From Ruditapes philippinarum (taxonomy: Eukaryota), in the NCBI RefSeq assembly GCF_026571515.1, contig NW_026855648.1:186001-250000 (forward strand): a stretch of 64,000 bases of DNA, in the 5' to 3' direction. Below, piece by piece: positions 1 to 11,999 of the stretch (its first letter is position 1; each line of letters begins with the position of its first letter). A model generated the notes under the pieces. The model ran no database searches. It was not told the origin of the DNA and saw only the letters and a program-made list of their open reading frames with translations. A program made the position numbers and the translations under genes.

Positions 1-135
1 TGGTGGAGGAAGACCTCAGGTGCACTTTCGTGCATTATTTCAGGCACGAACGGGCACCTGAGTAGAACCACCGACATTCCGTAAGCTAGCTTGATAGCTT
101 CCTCACATGAAAGAATCCAAAGTCCCTGTCGGGAC
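1..135 (-). mobile_element. Probable fragment of a mollusc-type tRNA-derived SINE within an intron
   Basis: GC-richer segment (tggtggaggaagacc...gaaccaccgac...cttcctcacatga) resembling, from recall only, the antisense of common mollusc SINE cores. Confidence 0.4.
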
Positions 136-194
136 AAGTGACCTTTCATTATATTTCTAGTGTAAAGCTTTAGTTATTGTTTTATTTTTTCAAG

Positions 195-422
195 GGTTAT
201 AAAATACTGACAGGATCGTATGTTGGGCATGACGCCCTTCAGATCTGGGATTATAGTACAGATTATGGAGCAAGCACGAAGAATAAGCCAAAGTTAATTG
301 ATTTCCCAGCTGGACCAAATGGTCCATTCATATACGCATCTCAATTCTGTGACAATGATGTTGTAGTAGCTGGTGGTAGTGGAACTAATAGTGCAATGGC
401 AATTAATTCAGAGACCAATGAG
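195..422 (+). CDS. Penultimate coding exon of a WD40-repeat protein (gene begins upstream of the window)
   Basis: Acceptor ttttcaAG at 193-194 and donor GTATGT at 423. Translation GYKILTGSYVGHDALQIWDY...DVVVAGGSG contains WD40 motifs (ILTGS...LQIWD). Confidence 0.8.
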
Positions 423-433
423 GTATGTTTGTA

Positions 434-900
434 AGATATATTTGTATGTGTCTGTGAGATATATTTGTTTATGTCTGTGAGATATATTTGTTTATGTCTT
501 TGAGGTATATTTGTTTGTGTTAGTGAGGTATATTTGTTTGTGTCTGTGAGATATATTTGTTTGTGTCTGTGAGATATATTTGTTTGTGTCTGTGATATAT
601 TTGTTTGTGTCTGTGAGATATATTTGTTTGTGTCTGTGAGATATATTTGTTTGTGTCTGTGAGATATATTTGTTTGTGTCTGTGAGATATATTTGTTTGT
701 GTCTGTGAGGTATATTTGTTTGTGTTTGTGAGATATATTTTTTCGTGTCTATGAGATATATTTGTTTGTGTCTGTGAGATATATTTGTTTGTTTCTGCTA
801 GGTGTGTTTGTTTGTTTTTTGCTAGGTATGTTTGTTGTGTTTGTGAGATATATGTTTGCTTATGTCTGTGAGATATGTTTGTTTGTTTCTGCTAGATTTG
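434..900. repeat. Intronic minisatellite, 23-bp unit GAGATATATTTGTTTGTGTCTGT, degenerating at both edges
   Basis: Directly visible tandem copies, e.g. 661-683 and 684-706. Confidence 0.95.
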
Positions 901-1129
901 TTTGATTATGTATGTCAGACAGACAGACAGACAGGTTTGTTTGTATCTGTGAGGGTTTAAGATAAATGAATCTGTGTGGTATGTATATTTTGTCTGTTTG
1001 GTATGTATGCTTGAAGTTACTGAATATAGGTAAAAATATGTTATCTTATTTGCCTTGAGTACTATATAAGTGAAACAGAATTTTAGAAATGCCAGGCAAC
1101 TAATATGTGTAATGATTTATTTTGTTCAG

Positions 1130-1246
1130 GTACTTGGGGAGGTTAAATTTGATCATCCGGTTCAAGCCATTGATACATTTAATGGAGGAAGAATGTTTGC
1201 TGTGGGAGACGGTAAAAGATGTCTCAAGTTGTGCAGTCTTCACTAA
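1130..1246 (+). CDS. Terminal coding exon of the WD40-repeat gene (VLGEVKFDHPVQAIDTFNGGRMFAVGDGKRCLKLCSLH*)
   Basis: Acceptor tttgttcAG at 1128-1129. Phase-0 join to exon 195-422 stays in frame, gives a WD-like blade, and ends at TAA 1244-1246. Not in the ORF track. Confidence 0.8.
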   Translation, partial: VLGEVKFDHPVQAIDTFNGGRMFAVGDGKRCLKLCSLH

Positions 1247-2628
1247 ACAATTATTCTACATTTAAAACTTTATAATGTTCATTAAACTAAAGGTGGACAC
1301 AAGTATTATAGTTGCATGAAATTAAGTATTTAAATGTAACTGAAAAACAAAATGCATTTTTGTTTGTTTTGGCCTTGGAAAAAAGGCATTGTAAGAAAAG
1401 TCGCTACTCAGCATAAGGTGTTTTGACATTAATGTCATACATATCCTTTATGTTGAAAGGCAGTATGACATTGTTATATGATAAATATCTTGACATTGAA
1501 CAAGAATGTTTGACATTAATGTATTCCATTGTATTTTGATCTAGAATCTTGAAGGTGTTACAGAGTAAAGAGCTTGATATATTAAACAGAATATTTTATA
1601 ATGATTAATTTGACTTTAACATTTCAAAGTTTTGTTTTTAAAAGATTGTTTCTGTACCTGAGTTCTTGTTATCTTAAGAGCTGAATTGCTAAGTATTATT
1701 AATAATATTTGTGGCAAACATATTTTGACAGTATCAACAATATGTTGAGCAATACAGATATGACTACATCATTTTATATACAGGAAATGTTGGCCTTTAA
1801 CAGAGTCTTTTTTGTTTGATGATTGCCGTATTATGAAGAAAAAAAAAGAAATATTTTATATGTTGTTTATATTTAGATGGATCAGTGGTATGATATAAGA
1901 CATTTCTGGAAATAAGTCAGCGGTTCTTCTCTTATATTATGCAGACTTGTTAACATTTAAAAAAGGTAATGTTGAAATCATGTCATGTGTTTTTTGCCAA
2001 TCTAGTAAATATTTTAAACAGCCGTATGTCATTGGAACTGTTCTCAATTTTAAAAAAGCTTATTTCCAGGACAAGTTTTAAGGTTCAAAGCTGATATTTG
2101 TCAGGAAATCATTTCCATCATCCTGAGTATAGTATATTTTTGCATAAATGGTTGTCAATGAGCTTATTATGTGACACATATAAACATTTTTATAAGTCAT
2201 AGTATTTTGAAAATTGTAAAAAAAGCACAAAAGTAAAACTTTAAATGATTTATGTGCCTGTAAGATATAACTAAGTATTATATTACAATTCCAAAGAAGT
2301 TATTACTATTATAAAGCATTCCGTCCATGTATACGTATTGTCTCAATATTTAATTTTGTAAAACTCTATTTGTACAATTTGTGATACTCAAAAGCTTCAA
2401 ATATATTTCATACTTTAATTTTAAATAATGTATCATTATGCAATGATTAACATTCCAACCAGGGTTATATCATACTTGCTACAATTATATTGTAACTTTA
2501 TGTTTGAAGATTCATCATTCCGTCCTGTAGCAGAATATATATTTTTGAATGATATATACACATATGTGTTAGTGATACTGCTGGCTTTACTTTCATTCTG
2601 ATTTTGTCATCGTGTTGCTGATTCTAAA

Positions 2629-2634
2629 AATAAA
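2629..2634 (+). promoter_or_regulatory. Candidate polyadenylation signal of the WD40 gene
   Basis: AATAAA followed by a GT/T-rich tract, about 1.4 kb after the stop. Confidence 0.35.
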
Positions 2635-3062
2635 TATTTTGATATGTTTCTATCTCTGTTTGTTTCTTTTAAAATAAAATGTACCTGAAAGCTGCTGTTT
2701 TTTGAAATAGTTCAACAGTGTTTTTATGTATACTATATATCCTCATTCATAAGACACATTTTTAAGACTAATCTTTATAGCCAAACGAAAGAGGTCGTCT
2801 TATAAGTAAGATAAATAGCATCATCGTAACAGTCCTAAGGTTTATTCTACGTTAACTTTGTAGACTGTCTTGTACACGTTTGTAGACATCTTAGTATTTT
2901 GTTTAAAAGTGTTAAAGTAATCACCTGTGCTTTGCCTTCCGCCCTGTCCTACTTTTGCTTGGTGTCCTGCTGGGGCTCCTTGCGGGTGGTCCTGTATTGC
3001 TGGGTTGTATGGGGGTTAGGTTCATTGAACGCCGCCCTTTCTTACTGATCTTGTTTTTTTCC

Positions 3063-4498
3063 TTTTTGTGCCCCCACGTTAGTGGCGGGCATTTAGATTT
3101 ACCCTTGTCCGTCCGTCCGTCTGTCCGTCCGAGCCAACATTTGATTATTATGAGCTTCATTCCGTAGTTAAATAAAGAACATAAACTCATAAAATTTAAA
3201 ATTAAGAGCTATTTTTTGTTTTTATGAGCTTATTTTGCTTATGGACGTTGGTCCAGGTGGTGTTTATGAGCTCTTTTGCCTCATAAACATCAAATTTTGG
3301 TATGTCCGTCCGTCCGTTCACTTTTGTGTCGCATGTAACTCAAAAAGTATTTGACCTAGAGTCATGAAACTTTACAGGAATGTTGATCAGCATGTGTTGT
3401 TGTGCACCTGGGTATTTTCGTCTGGATATTTTTAGTATTTTCAGAGTTATTGCCCTTGACTTAGTAAAATTTTGCAATTTTCAACTTGTGTCGCATGTAA
3501 CTCAAAAAGTATTTGACCTAGAGTCATGAAACTTTACAGGAATGTTGATCAGCATGTGTAGTTGTGCACCTGGGTATTTTCGTCTGGATATTTTTAGTAT
3601 TTTCAGAGTTATTGCCCTTGACTTAGTAAAATTTTGCAATTTTCAACTTGTGTCGCACGTAACTCAAAAAAGTATTTGACCTAGAGTCATGAAACTTTAC
3701 AGGAATGTTGATCAGCATGTGTTGTTATGCACCTGGGTATTTTCGTCTGGATATTTTTAGTATTTTCAGAGTTATTGCCCTTGACTTAGTAAAATTTTGC
3801 AATTTTCAACTTGTGTCGCATGTAACTCAAAAAGTATTTGACCTAGAGTCATGAAACTTTACAGGAATGTTGATCAGCATGTGTAGTTGTGCACCTGGGT
3901 ATTTTCGTTCGGATATTTTTAGTATTTTCAGAGTTATTGCCCTTGACTTAGTAAAATTTTGCAATTTTCAACTTGTGTCGCATGTTACTCAAAAAGTATT
4001 TGACCTAGAGGCATGAAACTTTATAGGAATGTTGATCAGCATGTGTAGTTGTGCACCTGGGTATTTTCGTCTGGATATTTTTAGTATTTTCAGAGTTATT
4101 GCCCTTGACTTAGTAAAATTTTGCAATTTTCAACATGTGTCGCACGTAACTCAAAAAGTATTTGACCTAGAGTCATGTAACTTTACAGGAATATTGATCA
4201 GCATGTGCAGTTGTGCACCAGGTATTTCGTCTGGATTTATTTAGTATTTTTAGAGTTAATGCCCTTCACTTAGAAATTTTTTGCAATTTTCAACTTGTGT
4301 CGCAAGTTACTCAAAAAGGATTTGACATTGTCATTAAACCTTATGGGCAGGTTGCTCAGCATATTTAGATTTGCACCTGGGGTTTCGCTTGTGGATTTAT
4401 CCAGTATTTGTAGAGTAATTTCCCTTGACTTAGTAAAAAGATTGATAGAACAGTGGCGCGGTGGGGGCACCCGTGTCCTATGGACACATTTCTAGTTT
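3063..4498 (+). mobile_element. Non-autonomous Helentron/HINE-type (pearl/BIV160-like) element with an internal 162-bp tandem array
   Basis: T-rich flanks, subterminal inverted repeats GTGCCCCCAC (3068-3077) / GTGGGGGCAC (4461-4470), (GTCC)n microsatellite, 3' hairpin GTGTCC..GGACAC (4473-4487), internal satellite. Confidence 0.85.
3326..4440. repeat. Tandem array of ~162-bp units (6 near-identical plus 1 diverged terminal unit)
   Basis: Unit starts at 3326, 3488, 3650, 3813, 3975, 4137 and 4297. Confidence 0.95.
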
Positions 4499-7087
4499 CT
4501 TCATATTTTATAATGCCTTTGACAAAACTTTTCAAAAACACGTTTTTTTACAATAACCTTCTATTGTGAATATTTTTAATAAGTGAATTCATTTCTGTTA
4601 TGCGACAACTTTTCGTGCTTTTATGTTCATTTATATCAAAAGTTTCTATGGAAAAAAAATAATCGAATTTATTATGTATAACACTATTGAAAAAGTGAAA
4701 CAGTATAAAAGTGTAACAAAGGCATTCATGAAATTGTGCAATTATTCACCAGATACAAACATAAATTCCTCATTTGGTCTGAGTACCGGATGGATATAGT
4801 ACTAAAATGAAAACGGAACTTTTCAACCTATTCCATTTAACTTGATACGGACATCAAAGAAAACAGTAAAGATACATCGACGTATATTTGGTCATTTCGG
4901 TTAACATGCGCTACAAAATAAAGAAATAAATAAAATAAAATAGGGAAAAAAAGTATACAAATAGTAAGGAATTGCTTCCTTTTATTTTATCTTGCCGTGT
5001 TAAAGTCAACTTATATAATGTAAATTCAAAAATAAAAGAATAAAAGATACGTCTAAGTATTGTGTTTTTACAAAACAAATGTATAACTGAGATGGCTTTG
5101 TTTATTTAATTTATTTAATTTGTATGTTAAAAAGTTTCATGTCGGAAATCCACATGATAGCTGTAAGATTCAATTGGACATAAGGTTTTTTGGATGAAAA
5201 TGTCATGTTGTGAAAAATATATCGGCTACCCTTATATGGTATAAACAAAATTGAATATTTATGTATAATGTAACTCATTCTCCTCCCCCACCATGAGGAT
5301 GAATACTCAGTTTTGAGTTATGTTGAAGGATCTGGGCCCGAGGTTACAAAGAAATTGTATAAGCCCGTTCAGAGTTCTGGATTTCTGGTATATTTCACTT
5401 TTTTACAGTTTCAAAATGAGTACATATTTACCATATAGATTAGTTAATATAATATTTTGGCAGTTTTAATATACATGTAGTGTAGTGTTAAGTGTTTAGA
5501 AAAATATATGCGTTAATCACTGAGTCATAAAGTGCCTTTTAGCCTTCCCAGTCTGTGGTACCAAGCAAAATTAGAGCTTTTAGCACTTTACGCTGTGGGA
5601 CAATGTATTCCCTTTTCGCAAGCTTAATGCACCGGAGTCCATAGTTACAGTTTATTTTATTGATTCTTTACTCTCGGGGTATTTCAAAACAATTTAGCTA
5701 TCGGCAAATTACATCATACATCTTGTTATATATAATTTATCATCACTACCTTTAATAAGGTAAAAGCATTTTATTTGATGTTGTTAATGAGATTATATTA
5801 AAACGTTCATCAGTACAAAATATATATCGATCAATGATAGAATATAATAACTGCTAAACTTTAAAGTTCCATGGAGTTTTAGGCTCACATCAAAGATGAC
5901 ATTTACCTCGGGATTTTACGAGATTAGCTTTTATAAGCTTTTATAAGTAAGGTAAGTGCATTGTGTTTTACTTACTATTCATTCGTATACACAATTTCTC
6001 AGAATATTTTTAATTTTCAAGAAAAATGCACATGAAATGTAATTTCTTTTAAAAAGATCCTTGCTTAATGTCATTTATGTATATTGATGTTTAAATATAT
6101 AAATTTAATTTCTCATACTTCCATTTTAGTATTGCAATTTGCAAAGTGTATGTGCAAATTATTTGACACGCCCGTTAATAACATTTAATTTCAGATATGA
6201 AAACGCTGATCAACCGCAGATATGCCTTTATAATACTTAAATACATTTGTTAGATTTCGTTTTCGTAGAAATTTCTGTTGCTCTTTGGAATAAATTGAAA
6301 TATTTTACCATTTTAGTGGGTTAGTGGACAATAATGAAAAGCGGATGTTTTTTATATCTCTATTGCTAAACGAATATATAGACTAATTATGCGAGAGGAA
6401 AATATTTTAGATTTTATTTTATTAAAATAAATTATCATTAATCTCCTTGTAATAGTAAGAGAGTTTTATTTTGTTTGAGTAAAATATGGAATATTACTTT
6501 CACGAAATATGATAAAATTCCATATATTTTCAAGAGCCGGATCGGCTGGTGTAAAGAATTTTTATTTTATTATTTTGAGTGAAAATGTGTTCTAGATTTC
6601 ACGAAAAAAGAAAAAAATACTTATTTTATTTTACCAAGAAGCAGAAGAAGAAAAAATAAACAAAATTTAACGGTTACTGACGCGGTTCAATACACAATAA
6701 ATTATTTTCAGATTTTCTGTTGATAAACTGCATGTCTGTTAAATTTAGCTTTTACCGTATCACACCTGATTATTAAGTGAAGAGAACCGAATATTTTTAC
6801 TCCATACTATTTTGAAAATATCAAAATATTTTATAGAATAGAATCTTTAAACATTAAAGTATCTCTTAGAATTGATAAACACATTCGGGACTATTTCTTA
6901 TAGATATGGCCATCAGCGCTGTAAATGTGCATATTTTGCGCGCGGCATGTAATCGTCTAATCGAGAGGTTCTTGACAAGTTTTTTTTTCAAAATACACGC
7001 GTGGAAAATCAATGCATTCCTATTTTTTGTGTTTTCCTTGCATACAACATATTAATCATATTTCTGATTAATATTTTCATTTAGCAC

Positions 7088-7703
7088 TTTTTAGCTCGAC
7101 TATTCGATAAGAATAAGTAGAGATATTGTAGTCACCCGAGCGTCGGCGTCTGCGTCTGCGTCCGCGTCCGCGTCGGCGTAACCACTTATGTTAAAGTTTT
7201 TGTAATACTTCAAATATTTTCTAAGTTCATTGACATATGGCTTTGAAACTTTGCACACTTGTTCACCATCATGACCCCAACCTGTAGACAGGAGGAGATA
7301 ACTGTATCAAGCATTTTGACAGAATTATGCCTCTTTTTCGACTTAGAATTTACGTTAAAGTTTTTGTAATACCTCAAAGATTTTCAAAGTCCATTGACAT
7401 ATGGCTTTGAAACTTTGCACACTTGTTCATCAATATGATCCCAACCTGTAGACAGGAGGAGATAACTGTATCAAGCATTTTGACAGAATTATGCCCCTTT
7501 TTCGACTTAGAATTTACGTTAAAGTTTTTGTAATACCTCAAATATTTTCAAAGGCCATTGACATATGGCTTTGAAACTTTGCACACTTGTTCACCATCAT
7601 TTCCCCAACCTGTAAACAGGAGAAGGTAACTGTATCAAGCATTTTTTTTACTATCAAGCACTAAGAATAGTCGAGCGTTGCTGTCCTACCGACAGCTCTT
7701 GTT
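7088..7703 (+). mobile_element. Second Helentron/HINE-type element with ~2.8 copies of a 164-bp unit
   Basis: SubTIR GCTCGACTATTC (7094) / GAATAGTCGAGC (7665-7676), (GCGTCY)n microsatellite, units at 7190, 7354 and 7518, 3' hairpin GCTGTC..GACAGC then CTTGTT. Confidence 0.85.
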
Positions 7704-9605
7704 ATTTGTTTGGGTCGTCAGACCAAACAAATAATGGTAGCGAAATTTCAGACTCTGATACTGTTAATTGCAAATGCCGAAAGTAGTCCGGTTTTTTGAA
7801 GCGGTTACTTCTCTTTATATGTACACTAACGCCGAAAATTCCAGGGGACATCACTGCGTAAAGATGGTCAAATGACAGGCGCATTAATTTTCAAGCAAAA
7901 TAGTTCCCGAATGGTCGAAGATATTGTTTTATTCTTTGTAGATATACATTCTTATAGTAAGCTCCATGATTATTAACATCTGTATTAAACAACAGTTAGC
8001 GTCGTTACAAACCCTAATTTAGAATAATATGGTTTTCTTCAGGCCGTTAACATATAACTTCATCGTGGCCGAGGGGTTTGGAGTTCAAATCCCAGTTAAC
8101 GCAACTCATTTTTTTTTCAAATTGTTTAAGTCAAATAAACATTGAATTAAATATCAGTGTTGCAATTAGTTTTATAGCCAAAATGCTGGAAAGCATTGGT
8201 GGCACTATACAAAAACAAATTGGTTTATAATCTCACAACCTTCACCTTTCTGACATTCTGAGACCCAAACAAATTCAGCGCCTTCTGTGCTTTGATTTCT
8301 TATAGTAGGGTATGATTTTCAACTTCATTCATAACGGTAAAATCCTAAGAACGCAATACATTCATAAAAGGTGCGCAAGAATTAAAAGGAACGAGTATTC
8401 CTATCAGAACCGCAAACAATGTCTGTTATATTTTCTTGCATACTCTACCATATTCCATTATACCTTAAACCCCTTACCTTAATAAACAAATTTTCTATGG
8501 AAATTTATGTCATTTTACTCGTTTCTATTTTCTTACCACAGCGTATGAAATTACAACTACATTCATAACGGTAAAAATACGTCATCATAAGCCTGCAATT
8601 GTACAGCACGAGACTCATTGGCACCCTTTTGCAAGATGAAATTTCCAGCATGGGTAAAACTAACGGAAACGCCAGTCTGATATGCAAGAAAGGATTTTTT
8701 TAGCACCTGTGTAAACGGTAGACCTTTAATCTTATCCGATATGCAAGAATAACTGCATATGAGACCCTGTCAGAGTATTATTCTAAACTGTTTGTGTGTG
8801 ATATGATCTGAGACAATTGGAAGTATTAGTTGAGTATAGGTTTATAAACATTTGCCACTACTATCTAATAAATACATATATAAATATTCCCTGTGACACA
8901 TTCCCTCTAGCTGGAAAATGTCATCCCTACACAGAAATATAATTATGTACAAATAATATATACTGAAACAAATATTGTTCAGCATGAATATATTACATCA
9001 ACTTGATCTACGAGACCAGTACAATATTAGTTGGATTTTACACATATATGAGTTATCATACTACAGTATATGAGAATAATTTTGAACAACACAAATGCAA
9101 GTCTGTTTCATCTAGTTTCATCTATGAACGAAATGTCATATTTCCGCGATATGGATATATCTGTACGTTATTAAGGCACCGATTATTGCGACATATGTAC
9201 TCGTTTCGGATAAACTCTGTTTGGGCACATATGTAAGTGTATTTTTATATACGATATATCAATGTTATAATGTGATAGATTAATGAGTGTTGATATATTT
9301 TTGGTCCTGTTGATTCAATGAGTCCAGCACTTTTAAGTGTTGAAAATTGAGTACCGCTCAAACCGGTGCTAGGGGGCGTAAGTGATGTTGCACTTTTTCA
9401 TTATCCTTCATTTACAGATGCAATGAAATCTAGTCTGTAATTGTCATGTTATTTTGCTGTTTTAATGCTTCCGAGGGATTATTTTTTCCAGATATTTATC
9501 ACAATAGTAAGTTCAAGTGCTGTGTGTAATGTTTGGTCTGGTTGCGAAACTACGATACAAGGGTCTGATTCCCATTTGTCTGTCATTTTATGTTTTCCTC
9601 TGAGT

Positions 9606-9882
9606 CACAGGGGGAAGACGCTGTGATCTGACATTATCCCGGGCCCCCTCCCCCCGAATGCCCTGCTACAACCCATTAAAAATATCAATGCAAGTTGATT
9701 TGCACAATAAAAATTCATATAGTATAGGGGTATAATGAAAATCGTCGAAACGTGTCAGAATATTGTTTTTATGAATTTTTATTGTGCAAATCAACTTGCA
9801 TTGATATTTTTAATGGGTTGTAGCAGGGCATTCGGGGGAGGGGGCCCGGGATAATGTCAGATCACAGCGTCTTCCCCCTGTG
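9606..9882. mobile_element. Young 277-bp MITE with ~113-bp TIRs and 8-bp TSD (P- or hAT-superfamily), nested in the Gypsy relic
   Basis: Near-perfect inverted arms 9606-9718 / 9771-9882, termini CACAG...CTGTG, perfect TSD CTCTGAGT at 9598-9605 and 9883-9890. Confidence 0.93.
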
Positions 9883-10322
9883 CTCTGAGTAAAACATTCC
9901 TCATTAAATCTATATTTTCTGGGTGTAATGTAGCTGTTCTAGCCTAAATGTCGTACCTATCTATTTATTTCTGCGGGGTTTTCTACTGTTTGTTCAAATG
10001 TGTAGGCAAGTAAAAGTTCGTCTCGATGTTTTCTAACATATTCAATCCCAATTCGGATTTGGATGAGTTTTCTACGATAGTAATTCCATGTAAAGCATCA
10101 ATAGCTTGTTTGGTAGTGTGTCAAACATGATATAGTACGGCAGAACGCATGTCCTTTCGTGGATTGAAAAGTTATAGGCATGAACGAGTGAAGCGACATA
10201 TGATTTCCAGAAAGCTTTCTTGCTTTCAGATAAGGTACAACGCATCTTTAAAAGAGTTTTATTAAATCGTTGCCCACCGCATGATATGTTGTGGTGTCAG
10301 ACTAAATTACAAAATTCTTTGA

Positions 10323-10922
10323 TTAAATGACGCCTTGATCACAGTGTATTTTGTCTGGAAAGCCGTAAAGAACGAGGAATGTATCAAACAAATCCTGTGC
10401 TGTAGTTGTAGTCATCTGAATTTTGGTAGTAAACCCTTGAACATATCTTGTGAAGTGGTCTGTGACAATAAGAATATGATCGAATCTACCGTTAGAACTT
10501 TCTAGGCTAAAATAATAAATGCAGATTATTTTCATTGGCGAAGTAGATGAAATCGATACTAACAGTGCAGTTGAAGGTTGTGTTTTTCTCTTGATGCATC
10601 TTTCATATAAACTGACTTTTTTTTTTATAAAAGTATCCATTCCAAGCCATTTAAAACGCTGTTTGAAAAAAGATGTAGTCCAATCGCGACCCTGATTTCG
10701 GAGATCATCTGGAAGAGCGCGGAAGATTTCTTCTCTTACGGCTTCAGGAAGTATAAGATGAACATATGCTTGGCCTTTGAATTGAGGACGCCTCAGAACA
10801 CCATCTTTGAATTCAAAATTATAACCACTGACCCGCTGAGCTGACGGTCTAGTATCATTTTCCATGTCGTTAACAACTGTAGATATGGCGAATCTTGGGA
10901 TTGGGCTTGAGCTTGTTTTCAA
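10323..10922 (-). pseudogene. Gypsy integrase fragment
   Basis: Degenerate zinc-finger region and rve core (DHFTRY, GFPDKIHCDQG), truncated by a stop. Confidence 0.85.
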
Positions 10923-11999
10923 TTCTTTGAATTCAAAGACTGTGATAATATAAAATCGTTGTAAATTTCGCCCGTTCCTAAAGGGTCAAGGTCTTCCAAA
11001 AATTTTGGTTCCAAGACTTATACTGCATCAGGTATTTGCGATGGTTTAACAGAGATCGTTTGTGACATTGTTGAGATCTCGTTGTTAGTTATTCATGATT
11101 ATCCGTCGGCGTCAGCGTTATTTTTACCACTTTTGTAAGTTATTGAAAATTTGTAATTTGATAAGGAAGCCATCCATCTCGGACCTGTACTATCGTTGTC
11201 ACATACGTCACAGGATTGTTGTCTGTGACGACTTCGAAAGTGGTGCCGTACAAATAATCATGGAATTTGTCTGTGATTAACAAGATGAAAGCAATTTAGT
11301 CTAGCTTTTGAGCAGAAAAGTGTTTTTTTCCCGAAGGTTTAAGACTTTTACTGGCATAAGCAATAACTCTGTTGACGCCGTTTTGTCGTTGGTATAACAC
11401 AAATCCAAACCTTTTGATGATGCGTCTGTATGGGGTTTAAGGGTAATTTGTCATTTGCATATGCGAGTACTGGTGGATGTATTAATTTTCTTTTAATTCT
11501 TCAAACGCTGGGTGTTGTTCGAAGTTCCAAATGAATGTGTTTTTCTGTTGAGAAGGTTTGTGGGACCAATAAGTAGGTTTTTCAATGGTCTGGCAATTGA
11601 TAGAGTCACTTTACTGAAATTTCTGAAATATCCTTTATATCCGAAAAATGTTCATACTTCCTTGGCGGACTTTGGAGTGGGCCAATTTTTAATAACTTTT
11701 GTCTTTTCTAGGTCTGCTTGAATACCTTCCTTTGATACCCCATGACCTTAATAAGTTACTTTCTCTTTAAAAAAAAAAATCGCATTTAAATGGGTTTATT
11801 TTAAAGTTGTTTTCTGACAAGCGTTTGAATACGACATCTAGGCGATTTATAAGAGTATGAATGTTACCTGAGAATATGAGATAAAATCTAGGTAAATGAG
11901 GCTTATCAAATTTATGTCTCTCGTTTAAGGAAGGTAGCTGGGGCGTTACAACGCCCAAATGACATTCGGTAACTGAAAATGGAAGCATTTCAGCGTTTA

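Noticed and set aside
434-900. 23-bp repeats as a CRISPR array
   Set aside because: Head-to-tail units without unique spacers, inside a spliceosomal intron
4029-4495. Short ORFs in the 162-bp array
   Set aside because: Incidental frames in satellite DNA
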